A stretch of 64,000 bases of DNA from Eledone cirrhosa. Taxonomy: Eukaryota. Positions 1 through 13,550 of the stretch are shown piece after piece. The first letter of the stretch is position 1. Each line of letters opens with the position of its first letter. The stretch covers positions 149,172,001-149,236,000 of the forward strand of contig OZ024740.1 in assembly GCA_964016885.1 (NCBI GenBank), given 5' to 3'. The notes below the pieces were generated by a model, which was not told the origin of the DNA, searched no databases, and saw only the letters and a list, made by a program, of their open reading frames with translations. Both the position numbers and the translations under genes were made by a program.

Positions 1-620
<620 letters not shown>

Positions 621-678
621 GCTGTAAAAAAAATTTGTCAGCAATTTGTCAGCATTTTCTATTCCGTTTACCAATATA

Positions 679-925
<247 letters not shown>

Positions 926-1034
926 TCTACCTGGAGTTGCGACCGATAGATAGTATTAGCAACTGGAAAGACCAACGGAAACATTGTTCCCTCGGTCCGA
1001 TTTGACGAAAGTCGATCATTCCTTTTATATATAT

Positions 1035-1091
<57 letters not shown>

Positions 1092-1114
1092 TATATATAT
1101 ATATATATACGCAC

Positions 1115-1145
<31 letters not shown>

Positions 1146-1311
1146 AATGAACTGGTGCGTGTCTCTGAGTCATATCGTTGGTGTGTGAATACACACAAAC
1201 ATACACACAAACATACACAAACACACACACACAGACACATATATACATACACACACACACATATATATATGATATTAATAAATGGCAACTATATTTATAA
1301 AACCATATTTA

Positions 1312-1368
1312 TTCCATTATATATATTTCAAGGGTACCAATACTTTGGTACGCTTTCATCAGATAAAA
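1312..1368 (-). ncRNA. Minimal type I hammerhead ribozyme (family A)
   Basis: Minus strand reads UUUUAU-CUGAUGA-AAGCGUACCAA(AGUA)UUGGUACCCUU-GAA-AUAUAUAU-A-AUGGAA; all three helices can form. Confidence 0.8.
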
Positions 1369-1642
1369 TACAAAGTTTGTTTTATAAATATTGACATATC
1401 CAGGAATGAGACCTTAACGGTTCAAGTTTTACCAGGTAAATATCATTGATTATACTCCAGAAAACCTGTCGAGGGCTTCGAATCAGTTATAAATATATAT
1501 ATATATTTGTTGAATTACCAATAAATTAAATATCCCTTTGCTTATATATATATATAGTTAAATATTAGATAGGAACAAAAAACAGAGAGGCAGTACAAAT
1601 GGTAGTTTATTAGGTTCATGCTTTTGAGAGTGGGGGGTGGTG

Positions 1643-1687
<45 letters not shown>

Positions 1688-1783
1688 GAAGTAATTCCGT
1701 CGGAAAAGTCCAGGAAAAAAGAGTGCTCTATGTAAGCAACAGAGCTTAATTATTATTATGTAATAAACAACATAAGGCAATTA

Positions 1784-1843
1784 TTCCATTTACCAGTGGT
1801 TTCTTAAAAGCAAAAGGTTTTGCTTTCAATCCTCAGAATGAAA
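1784..1843 (-). ncRNA. Minimal type I hammerhead ribozyme (family B), left arm of palindrome
   Basis: Reverse complement of the 1932-1991 motif. Confidence 0.8.
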
Positions 1844-1931
1844 AAATCCTGGTTTGTTTAGTGAATTTGGATCTTTAAAAAAAAACCGTTTTTTTTTTTA
1901 AGATCCAAATTCAATAAACAAACCAGGATTT

Positions 1932-1991
1932 TTTCATTCTGAGGATTGAAAGCAAAACCTTTTGCTTTTAAGAAACCACTGGTAAATGGAA
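1932..1991 (+). ncRNA. Minimal type I hammerhead ribozyme (family B), right arm of palindrome
   Basis: UUUCAUU-CUGAGGA-UUGAAAGCAAAA(CC)UUUUGCUUUUAA-GAA-ACCACUGGU-A-AAUGGAA; GUA cleavage triplet. Confidence 0.8.
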
Positions 1992-2017
1992 TAATTGCCT
2001 TATGTTGTTTATTACAT

Positions 2018-2078
<61 letters not shown>

Positions 2079-2079
2079 C

Positions 2080-3005
2080 TCAAATATGGTTCCAAGGTTG
2101 CTAGATCGAGGTGTAGCAGTGGGAATGAGTTCGCACAGCTTAATAAATGCTCCTCGCTGCACGTGTCTCAAATAGCCTCTGGATATCAAGTCCAACTGCT
2201 GGCCTTCTCGTATGGCTTAACATGCAAGCCCGGCGGAACTGTCCCTATTGATAGTGGAAACGGCGTAGGTGGGCTCTGGTGCCTTCAAACCAGTGCTTTG
2301 TGTAGATGGAACTCGTCAGCCTAGGAGGGCAGTCCATCTATTAGAAGGCAAACTCCGAACATGAACCTCCGCTGTCTTGTGGCTATACCCGCCTATGGGA
2401 AAGGCTTCGGGAGTATACCCCAATAATAAATCCGGAGCCGGAGTTCCGAAAGCAGTTCAATGTTATATTCAATCTCGTTCTAGCAACTCCTGCTGCCCAC
2501 GAGTTATATTGTCCTCTGCCCTTCCCAGGGAAAACACTGGTGGTGCAGAGAGCGTCGCCTCGCTACAGTGACAAAACACGGAATGCAGCAGTCTACCGAT
2601 TATAAGTCTGAACACGATTGGCGTATGCGTAACGTGCCATAGGCTCCTTCCGACGGAGGGAGAGGCCGTTGTGCCTCACTAGACAGCTATTACCCACATT
2701 AGGCTTAGCAGCCCCCAGCCAGTTAGGTGCTGGCTCGTCACAGCTCACCTGACTCACGGGCTTCAAATACTTCAATGACCAAACAAACAATGTAAGAAAT
2801 TGGCATTCAAACTTGGATGTTGGAACATAAGAACCATGACTACTGGCCTGTCAGATGACCTTTAAAAGATCGGTGACACCCGCAAAACAGCAGTTATCAA
2901 TAACGAAATGCTACGACTTCGATTGGACATTGCAGCGCTCCAGGAAACGTAGCTCCCAGAATCGGGCATCCCTCGTGAGAGGGAATATACCTTTTTACTG
3001 GGTCC
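2080..3005 (+). mobile_element. RTE-clade LINE 5' fragment (5' UTR plus start of APE endonuclease), decayed
   Basis: From ~2810 translates as KLGCWNIRTMTTGLSDDL*KIGDTRKTAVINNEMLRLRLDIAALQET*, the APE N-terminal WNxRT and LQET motifs with stops; GC-rich leader upstream. Confidence 0.85.
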
Positions 3006-4519
3006 TTTCAGAGTACTGACTGTGAAACAGATCACTTCCTGGTTTGCTGCAATCTCAAACTCCAAATTTTAATATTCATATATGTGAGGGTGGTGTTGTA
3101 ACAACAGATGCAGGAATCGGAAACACTAAATAGATATTTAATTACATTATCTAGAAAATCTAGTTTAATGTCTTTTTCGGAATTGTTTGCGGAAAAAAAA
3201 TTATTTTATATTTGCCTGAAATGCGTTGATGCTACTCACGAATTTGAGAATAATTGTCATTTTTATAAAAGACATTTTAATTAAACTGTATCAACATGAA
3301 ATATATTTTATCTTTATTATGCAATATTCTATGTCCATACATTTGTTAGTAAGCTTTGTTTTATAGCTAAGTTTGGAGTTTTCTGCTATTCACAAACGTA
3401 TATACTCGTTGAAACTATATAACAGTTTCAAAATAGCTTGCAAATCATACCGGATTTGACAGAATCGTTTTAAGAAATAGCATTGGATTATAAAATAAAT
3501 TGAGTTCAATGAATTTATTTTTAAATGTTTTGTATTTTTGGTTCCAGAGATTGAAACGTATTTTTGAGACATGAAGTATCCATTTCAATTGGTTAAATAT
3601 AAATGAAAATATATAATTTCCAAAAGAAATAATCATTAAAATGATTGTTCATGCTTTAGTCGGAAAAACGTCAATAAATATCTTATTGCAACTCGGATAG
3701 CATTTTCTTCTCATATTAAGATTTACAACGTAGGAAACGGAACCCAAATCATACTATTTAAATCTAGTAACTATTTTCCATTAATTCTTATCACATTTTA
3801 AAGATGATTGTTATTCAAATAACAACTAAAGTTAAACGTTTCCAATTAAAAACACTTCATATTAATTACACAAATGCATGTTTGTTGATTATGTCTTCAG
3901 AACGACAAAATGCAACGCTATTCACTAAAGATTCTACTCGTTATTTGCGAGTCTTATATAATAACCTACTTGTAAATATTTATATGTTACCCCTTATTGA
4001 TTTGTAGTATTTGTTTTTCCAGTTCTTACTGTAATTTGTCTTCTCAATTGATTTCAAATTCATTCGACAGTTTAGTAAATATTACACAAATATAGTATAT
4101 AGGAATCTAGCGAGTCTCACAAATAGTTGTTTCCCAATAATTTATCAAATCGATAAATTGGTTCCAATAAAAAAGAAGTATTGGCACTTATGGTCTTCAA
4201 TAAGATAAACCATGAAATCAACTTAAATGGAATTTGAAATCACAACATAGATGGATGAAGCAATTTATTGAAGAGTGTTCATTTCCAGCAACCTAAACTT
4301 CTTGCGTGTGTGATTATGTATGCTTGGCTTCAGAATATGTTATTACAGAAAGTTACTGAACAAATTATACAGTGAGAGTTTGGTATTGTTTTAAATATAT
4401 AATCCAGTCAGATTCGACGTTTGTTCACCATAAAGAAAACTTTGAAATAATATCCTTTAGTGTCTGTGGGTGTATGGTTAAAATTCTGAATACATACAAT
4501 CCAGAGAGAGAAAGCTAGT

Positions 4520-4730
4520 AGAATCAACCCTAATGCTACAATTATATATTATTTATAGACCTCTAAATGATTAATAAGCAAATTTCACATCGGTGCGATT
4601 ATTTATAGACCTCTAAATGATTAATAAGCAAATTTCACATCGGTGCGATTTGAACTCGGTGTGTAGAGAAACAGAACGAATACTACATCGTTTTCTATCC
4701 GATACTCTATTAATTCTTCCAATTCGCCGC
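4520..4730 (-). mobile_element. Degenerate SINE containing a 50-bp tandem duplication (~4551-4650)
   Basis: GATTTGAACTC (reverse B-box) and weak similarity to the SINE at 17518-17706; ATTTATAGACC...GTGCGATT occurs twice. Confidence 0.55.
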
Positions 4731-5571
4731 ATTTATTTAACGTTTATATATTCAATTTAATTGCCGGCATACATATCATATATACTAGCTACTCAGCTTT
4801 TAAAATCTGTCGAAACCAATTTTAGTAAGATAATTATGTGTAGAGATATTTTTATTTTTCAATTTAGCTCTCAATTCTGGTCTTCAAGTACAAACTGAAA
4901 AAAGAAATACGTAGTGTAAAAAAAAAATGAATTGATAAAATCGACAAACCTGAAATACGATTTCATATTGTAAAGTAGTAAACTGTACAAAAATAGAATT
5001 CAATTAATTAAGAACATAATGTATATTTTTCATAAATATATATTAACCTCATCCAGCTATATCGCTGATGGCATCCGTGTTCTGTGGTTAGGGAAGGTGT
5101 ATGAATTACAGAACAATATTTTATATAGCATAGTTTCATTGATAATAACATTACAGTGATATTGAAAATTCTATTTTTCAGTATGCTTTGTTGAGCTTAT
5201 AAGGATTTCAATATTTTGACAATTTTAAGTCAACCTAAATATAGAAAATGTTGGAATATTGATAATGACTGAAGAGAAATAAGAATTGAGTAGAAAGTAA
5301 AATTAATGAAATTCTTTCTGTATTGCTTGAAACTTATATATATTTATAAAAGAAATTCCATGAAATGAGAATAAAGTATTTACATAGATTCAGAATAAAT
5401 TAGCTCCTTAAATCATAGTAAGTCTACTAAGCTCAAATTATACTTCGGTTACAGAAATATATGTTTGTGTGTGCATATATGTATGTGTGTGCACACGTAC
5501 GCACACGCACGCACAAATATATGAATGTATGTTTGTATATGCATACATATATACATGATATGTGTATATGC

Positions 5572-5635
<64 letters not shown>

Positions 5636-6419
5636 AGCTTGCTTTGTGAGGAGGGTGATTGATATTTGGACACCGCGCGGGATGAAATACAAGAGCCGGC
5701 AAAGGGCGGAGGAACTCAGCAGAGTCAACGGCCATCCAAACAGTATTGTTTTTTTTATGGAGAGGTTAAACTCCGAGGCATAAAAAGGTGAGGGCTGTCG
5801 TTGTATTTTCCCTGGCAAACATTTACACCGAAGATATATGTTGTCAGTTCCAAGAAGTGTGGTTGGTCCTACAAAATCCTTCACCACTTAAAACAATCTT
5901 TGTGTGGGTAGTTCAACATCAGTTCACTTTCTCACTTTTCCGCCAGTCTTTCGCAACGGGCCTTGGTACCTGCAAGACTCGCCATAAACTGTTGCTCTTG
6001 CGACCTATATGGCTTTTGTCTGTCGGTCTCTGGCGGGATTGAAATGTCATGTGAGACACTGCCATCCAGAGAGCTGAACATGGACACTCATACGTCGGAA
6101 ATCGACGGGAGAGTCCATCATACTATATATATATATATATATTGTTTAATGTTAACTGTATTATGTTTTTGTTGATGACCATAATTAATTTGTGATATAT
6201 ATCGGCCCTTGTGTACTTAATATTGCTGTGCAGTGGTCTCCACTTGCAATGTGATTTGTGGGAGGTGTTTGATCCCGAAGGTTTTGGGTTTGCGATTTTG
6301 CGGTTGACACCAACAGCCCAAGCAACAACACAGGCAGGTCGAACTCCACACCGCGTTCATCCTTAGAGGCTACCACCAAAACCAACCACCGACATAACAA
6401 CAAAACGATAGCACAAACA

Positions 6420-6860
6420 TGTAACTGCCGAGACAGAAACCAGTGTCTCCTACAAAATAATTGTCAGGTCAGAAACGTAATCTACATGTGTGAGGTCCAG
6501 ACCCATAATTCTAGACACGAATACATCGGGGCTACATCCACAACATTTAAGGACCGTTACCTCAATCACAAGAGCACCTTCAATAATAGGACCAAGCGAT
6601 CGTGCACCAGACTGGCAGACTTTGTATGGAGACTCAAAGACTCACAAACCGGGTTCAGGTTATACTGGAGTTTGGTTAAACTCACAACACCTCAATCTCC
6701 GGCCCAGAGGAAGTGCCAGCTTTGTATTGCCGAAGCCGCGGAGATCACTAAATTAAAAAACCCAGTGAACCTTAATTCCGAAATATTACTTAGATGCCGA
6801 CACGCCAGACACAACATTCTCGGCCCTATCATTCAGGAATACCAACCCAACAAATGTTAA
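6420..6860 (+). pseudogene. Penelope-like element C-terminal Zn-linker + GIY-YIG endonuclease fragment (5'-truncated)
   Basis: CNCRDRNQCLLQNNCQVRNVIYMCEV...EYIGATSTTFKDRYLNHKSTF...W..K...KCQLCIAE...LNSE; the VIY/YIG motifs are present. Confidence 0.85.
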
Positions 6861-7349
6861 CTACCAATAACGGACCATCCCAACCAAGTAATATTGTTTC
6901 AATCCATTTCCCTTCGTATATTCACCTTATTCATCAATCCTAAACAACCACTTTCCATGTATCTCACTTAACCCCAACTTACGTATATTAATTCACCTCA
7001 ACTTTTTTCATCACTTCATTCGATTTCACCTTATTTCATTTTATTTTATTCCTTATCCCTTTTCATCTCATTCCTCCTAAATTCTAAACAGCTCCATTCC
7101 CCAAACACCAAAACTTAAACAATAATTCGTCCCCACTATTCATCTTCAACCTCACCATCTCCACCTTCACCATCTTCCTCTTCATCTTCTACTTTACCCT
7201 CATCATCATCATCATCATAACCACCACCATCATCATCATCACAATCATATTCACCATAAACAACACAGTCACCACTACTTCCTCCTCCTCTTCCTCCTCC
7301 TCCTCCTCCTTATTCTGCCTTTTCTTCTCCTCACTTGTATGCCTACCCC

Positions 7350-7450
7350 CTCCAAGGTTAACTTTGCTTTTCATCCTTACGGGGTCGATAAAATAAAGTA
7401 CCAGTAATGTAATGGGTAATTGCAGGCCTTGTGCCAAAAGTAGAAACAAT
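7350..7450 (+). mobile_element. 3' fragment of octopus-type tRNA SINE
   Basis: GGTTAACTTTGCTTTTCATCCTTACGGGGTCGATAAAATAAAGTACCAG, shared with 17518, 39590 and 58750. Confidence 0.85.
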
Positions 7451-7758
7451 TATCTCTCATAACAATACGGCCCTATCTGTCATTGATATCATTATAATGG
7501 CCGACCTTCGAATTCCTACTAAACGTTTACTCTTCCCAATTTTGATATTTATAATTTCATCTAAAGAAAAATGTTATGCCCATCCGAATTACAACTCTTT
7601 ACAATTCTTTACAATTCATCACCTCTGTTATATTGAAAACCACTATTCACCATCTAGCCACTCCCGTCTCCCACCAACCCATCATATCCCATTAACATGT
7701 ATAAAACGAACACAGGAGATATGTCAACAGTTTGGATGGGATAACCCATGTAAACTCT

Positions 7759-7845
7759 CATATCTGAAGAAGTGACGATTAAGAGTCGGGATCCGATCAC
7801 ATGATCAAACCCGAGCTGATTGATATGGAAACAAATTCTAATATG
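7759..7845 (+). ncRNA. Type I hammerhead-like motif with long helix II at the 3' end of the PLE fragment (helix III mismatched)
   Basis: CAUAU-CUGAAGA-[~57 nt hairpin incl. UCGGG/CCCGA, GAUCA/UGAUC]-GAA-ACAAAUUCU-A-AUAUG. Confidence 0.55.
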
Positions 7846-7881
7846 TAATAAAGTTTACAAAAAGCAGGAATTCTTATTGTC

Positions 7882-7938
<57 letters not shown>

Positions 7939-8255
7939 GTGTGTGTGTGTGTGTGTATGTGTGCGTGTGCGAATGTATGTGTGTATGCATATATATACAG
8001 AGAGAGAGAGAGAGATACATAATATATATATATATATATATATTTCCTTTCTCAATTTGTTTAGCAAGATTCTTTATCTGAAAACGTGTGTTGAAACCGA
8101 AATTGTTACACTTTGGGAGGGTCATGTTGCCAATAGGAAACACACGCACCAGTTGCTTTCACTTCAATTTATTATAAATTAAATTTATAAATTTAGGAAT
8201 TTATAAATTTCCGGTTGGTTGGTTGGTTCCACAACCAGACGATTGTTCATATATT

Positions 8256-8298
8256 GTCAAAGTTCTTTCGTCACACATTCTGTGACCTCTTCAGTGAC
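8256..8298 (-). ncRNA. Minimal type I hammerhead in the PLE pLTR (family C)
   Basis: GUCA-CUGAAGA-G-GUCACA(GAAUG)UGUGAC-GAA-AGAACU-U-UGAC. Confidence 0.8.
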
Positions 8299-8496
8299 TG
8301 GGGATTCTTTTCTTTGTTTTTGTGCTTCTCCTTTGTTCTGTCCAACGCCATCTTGTTTTTTGTGTGTGTTGTGTGCTTAGTTTGCGCATGTGTTACATCC
8401 GGGTGTCTGTGTGTGTTTATATTTGTTTATTTATTTGTTTATTTACATGTTACTGGTTGGTTGTTTATTCTATGTGTGTGTGTTTTCATTTTGTCC

Positions 8497-9640
8497 TTAA
8501 TTGTAAGTTGTGATGTTGCTGTTCCATTCGTGTTTTCTATTTAATTTTGGTTGGAGTTCATTTATGTTTATTGCCTCTGTGATTTGTTTAAACATTGCGT
8601 CTTTTCTGTGTGTAGATTCTATTTTTATTTCTATGTTCTCTAATTTACCCTTATGTTCTATTTTAGCATGTTGGTGGAGTACAGATGATTCTTTATTATC
8701 TTGAAGCTCTCGCCAGTGTTCATTTATCCGTAACCCTATACTACCAGCTGTCTCAACTATGTACACTATATTCTTATGTCTACATTGTCCTTCAGTACAT
8801 CTTATGCTATATACTACATTTCTAGTTTTACAGTTAATATGGGGGCTTAATTTACAGATTATACATTTCTTATCTATACAGCGATGTCTTTGAAAAGGGT
8901 ATGTATTGCTAATAAGTCTTTTTATGGAGGTACCTGGTCTTTCTACTATCTTAATATTGAGTTCATGTTTATCTAGGGCCCTTCTAAATTTGTAAGCTAA
9001 TTCACCTCCAGGGGTTGTATCGATGAACATTACACTCTGGTATTTATTGCTATCATACCATGAGTTTATTCTATTAACCTTATTCCTAGTTCTTACTATT
9101 CTATTCCAAAATTTGCTCCTATACAAGGGGTAGGTCCCATTTGTATCATTATTTAACATTTTTGCCCATTTGGTTCTGGCTCCTCTATACTTTGATTTTA
9201 TCTCTCTCATTGTAACCAGGTGAAGTGTTGTATGTGTCTCTCTAGTTCTTTGGGGTTGCACATGCGGGACACGTTTCTCATCACCCGTACCAAATCCGCA
9301 ATCAGTATGTTGATTTTGGTAAGGTCCGAAACAGCTGAGTTTCGGTGGATCAGATAATTGGAAGTCATGGGTTTGGCATAATGGGAATGGAGGATTTGTT
9401 TTTTGTTATTAATGGTATCTAACCAGATCTCTGTGTCTAGTAAAGGTAATCGATGGTTGGGGTGTTTGCTTGGGTAGTCTATAGTAACTCTAATACTCTG
9501 GTGGATGGAGTTAGCTATTTGCTGGATGCTTTCCATGGTGTTTTTCTCTAATTCCTGACTGTTCTCTAGTGGGGGTGTTTTTACTACGATGTTTATATCA
9601 TCAACGTAGCGGGAGTACATTATCAGGATTAAGAGGTTGC
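8497..9640 (-). pseudogene. PLE RT C-terminus/thumb + GIY-YIG endonuclease (inverted copy, frameshifted)
   Basis: ORFs 9207-9620 (YSRYVDDI, LPLLD) and 8497-9261 (CIDKKCIICK, NVVYSIRC, VYIVET, RINEH, EA..I...P.LN). Confidence 0.9.
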
Positions 9641-9775
9641 TGTCTTCTAATTGTTCTTTAAGTTTATGTTTAAGTTAAGTTTATGTGTACTATTGCTATT
9701 GTTATTTTTAGTTGTGTTGTTTCTATTTCTATTTCCACCAACAGCCTCATGGTTGTTTCTATGTCTCTCATTATT

Positions 9776-12437
9776 AACAAACACACAGACACAGAAAACA
9801 GGTAATGACAGTAACACAGAAATAAGGGAAGGTAATAGGATTGAAAGGAGAAGGGAGACTATCGATACTGACAGAGAAAATAACCAGGACGAACACCCAG
9901 ACACACAAAATAGAGTAGATAATAACAATGAGCCAGAGGAAAGAGACAGGAGTAATAATGAGAGACATAGAAACAACCATGAGGCTGTTGGTGGAAATAG
10001 AAATAGAAACAACACAACTAACAATAACAATAGCAATAGTACACATAAAGCAGCAGCCTGGAATTCTACTTTTTATAATCCTTCCGATATGTCTTTCGAC
10101 CTACGACGAGTCCACGCCACGACTTTAGCTTTTAACAAACGCACGATATTGCCGTCGCAGGTCGATGAACAAACAGAAGTACAATTTAGTATAGCTAGAT
10201 CTAAACTTAGAAATATTATAGAACAGTATAGCAAAAAGCAAAATAGAATGGAGGACCAGCAACTGGGAGAAAATCTGCAAATGGTTTGCGTAAACTCATG
10301 CGGCGCTCGCGTAATGGAGAGATTGCATGCTTTCCAACAGACAAGTCTGGCAGAATGTCGGTTGACAGTCTGTCAAACTACATCCAGGCAATGCAACCCC
10401 ACATCACTAATACAAGAAACGTAACACCACAAGAGCATGAGGATAGGGAAAAAACCCTCAATGCCCATATGATGATGTGGACAAATATAATGCAGCCCAA
10501 CAAAAGGACTGTCAACAACTTCCAGGCCTGGAACAATGACGTGCCAGCCTTGTATGGGCTTCGAAAAGACCATAAAATGAGCAGTAACCATGTCACAGGA
10601 CCACCAACACGGCCAGTCTGTGGAGCTAACATTGCTAGTAACTACAGACTTTCCTACTTCCTCTCCCAGATCATACGCCCCATCATTGAAATGTCCCCAG
10701 ATATATGTGACAGCACGGAGGACCTCCTCAGCAGAATCGGCGAGAGAAACCGATCTAGGGACCTAACAAACTGCATAATAGGTAGTATGGATGTTGTGTC
10801 CCTGTATCCATCTATTGGCGTGGATTTTGCTGTGGAAAAATGCGTAGAAATGATCAGTGAGAGCAATGTTGAATTCCGTGGGATTGATACCAGTGAGCTG
10901 GGACTCCTTCTTAAACTTACCTATAGTAATGATTATCTAGATACATATGACCTTAGCAACATGTGCCCTACAAGACCAGCAAGAGGCAGACCACCTATCA
11001 TTACCTCAATGGCCAAGAAAGCCCACACAGATAGATGGGACGGGTGGACCAGAGTCATACGGACCCCCGAAAACCACAATGAACTAAAGGAAATAATTGC
11101 ACATGCGGTGGGGGCCAGTATAAAATTAACCCTTAAGAAACATATGTTCAAATTTAATGGAAAAACATATGCCCAAGAGGAGGAGTTAGCATTGGTGTTA
11201 GCATTGCAGGTGACATAGGTAACCTATTCATGGTATGGTGGGACAATAGACTTAAACTTAAACTTAAAGAACAATTAGAAGACAGCAACCTCTTAACCCT
11301 GATAATGTACTCCCGCTACGTTGATGATATAAACATCGTAGTAAAAGCACCCCCCACTAGAGAACAGTCAGGAATTAGAGAAAAACACCATGGAAAGCAT
11401 CCAGCAAATAGGTAACTCCATCCACCAGAGTATTAGAGTTACTATAGAATACCAAAGCAAACACCCCAACCATCGATTACCTGTACTAGACACAGAGTTC
11501 TGGTTAGATACCATTAATAACAAAAAACAAATCCTCCATTCCCATTATGCCAAACTCATGACTTCCAAATATTTGATCCACCGAAACTCAGCTGTTTCGG
11601 ACCATACCAAAATCAACATACTGATTGCGGATTTGGTACGGGTGATGAGAAACGTGTCCCGCATGTGCAACCCCAAAGAACTAGAGAGGCACATACAACA
11701 CTTCATCCACCGTATGCAGTTCTCTGGTTACAATCAGAGAGATAAAATCAGAGTATAGAGGAGCCAGAACCAAATGGGAAAAAATGGTAAATAATGACAC
11801 AAATGGGACCTGCCCCTTGTATAGGAGCAAATTTTGGAATAGAATAGTAAGAACTAGGAATAAGGTTAATAGAATAAACTCATGGTATGATAGCAATAAA
11901 TACCAGAGTGTAATGTTCATCGATACAACCCCTGGAGGTGAATTAGCTTACAAATTTAGAAGGGCCCTAGATAAACATAAACTCAATATTAAGATAGTAG
12001 AAAGACCAGGTACCTCCATAAAAAGACTTATTAGCAATACATACCCTTTTCAAAGACATCCCTGTATAGATAAGAAATGTATAATCTGTAAATTAAGCCC
12101 CCATATTAACTGTAAAACTAGAAATGTAGTATATAGCATAAAATGTACTGAAGGACAATGTAGACATAAGAATATAGGTGAGATAGCTCGTAGTATAGGG
12201 AAACGGATAAATGAACACTGGCGAGAGCTTCAAGATAGTAAAGAATCATCTGTACTCCACCAACATGCTAAAATAGAACATAAGGGTAAATTAGAGAACA
12301 TAGAAATAAAAATAGAATCTACACACAGAAAAGACGCAATGTCTAGACAAATCACAGAGGCAATAAACATAAATGAACTCCAACCAAAATTAAATAGAAA
12401 CCACGAATGGAACAGCAACATCACAACTTACAATTAA
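9776..12437 (+). pseudogene. PLE polyprotein (RT + GIY-YIG) broken by several frameshifts
   Basis: TDKSG, PALYGLRKDHK, TRPVC, SMDVVSLYPSI, FKFNGKTYAQ, YSRYVDDI and a Cys-rich linker plus GIY-YIG, spread over ORFs 10286, 11230, 11390 and 11784. Confidence 0.93.
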
Positions 12438-12636
12438 GGACAAAATGAAAACACACACACACATAGAATAAACAACCAACCAGTAACATGTAAATAAACA
12501 AATAAATAAACAAATATAAACACACACAGACACCCGGATGTAACACATGCGCAAACTAAGCACACAACACACACAAAAACAAGATGGCGTAGGACAGAAC
12601 AAAGGAGAGGCACAAAAACAAAGAAAAGAATCCCCA

Positions 12637-12668
12637 GTCACTGAAGAGGTCACAGAAAGAACTTTGAC
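12637..12668 (+). ncRNA. Family C hammerhead inactivated by an 11-nt helix II deletion
   Basis: GTCACTGAAGAGGTCACAGAAAGAACTTTGAC lacks TGTGTGACGAA relative to the 8256-8298 copy. Confidence 0.75.
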
Positions 12669-12816
12669 AATATATGAACAATCGTCTGGTTGTGGAACCA
12701 ACCAACCAACCGGAAATTTATAAATTCCTAAATTTATAAATTTAAATTATAATAAATTGAAGTGAAAGCAACTGGTGCGTGTGTTTCCTATTGGCAACAT
12801 GATCCTCCCAAAGTAT

Positions 12817-12917
<101 letters not shown>

Positions 12918-13101
12918 TACTTGGGGAGGGTCATATTTGTGTAATATTGCCAGAATTAATAACAGAACACACTCACTGTTTGGTTGGTTTTCGCTATATA
13001 TATATATATATATATACATATACATCTATATTCATGCGTAAATATTTATATACATTCATATAGAACTTACAGGAATCAAAACTATGTTAAAAGCATTTAC
13101 T

Positions 13102-13148
13102 CACTTACAATTGTTTCATCCAAACCTAGGCTTGGGGTCTTCGGACCA
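13102..13148 (-). ncRNA. Variant-core hammerhead-like motif (family D, CCGAAGA core)
   Basis: GU-CCGAAGA-C-CCCAAGCC(UA)GGUUUGGA-U-GAA-ACAAUUGU-A-AGUG; inverted partner at 13512. Confidence 0.55.
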
Positions 13149-13550
13149 TTTTTCAATGTTTGTACACATGATTGACCTCCTTTCCAACGTAAAGTGATTG
13201 TATTACATGTAACATCCTGCCACACAATAATCATATATAAATGAGACACCCGTAACTAACGCATATAATAACTACTACATCTGACTAACAAACTATCCTC
13301 TTGCATTATCTATGTTAACTGCCGAATGTATTTTAATTTTGTTTTAATTTTGTTTTAATTTTAATATTGATTTTGACTTTGAATTTGAATTGCTCTACGG
13401 AAATAATATAATATAATATATGTCACTCCACTGTACATCAATATATACATATGTATCTGTATGTCTCTTGCGTTGGAAAGGAGATCAATCATGTGTACAA
13501 ACATTGAAAAATGCTCCGAAGACTCCAAGCCTAGGTTTGGATGAAACAAT

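Noticed and set aside
2110-2165. GTGTAGC/GCTGCAC pairing with adjacent TCCTCGC, resembling HDV ribozyme P1/L3
   Set aside because: L3 overlaps P1', and P2, P3 and P4 could not be assigned by eye; left for a descriptor search.
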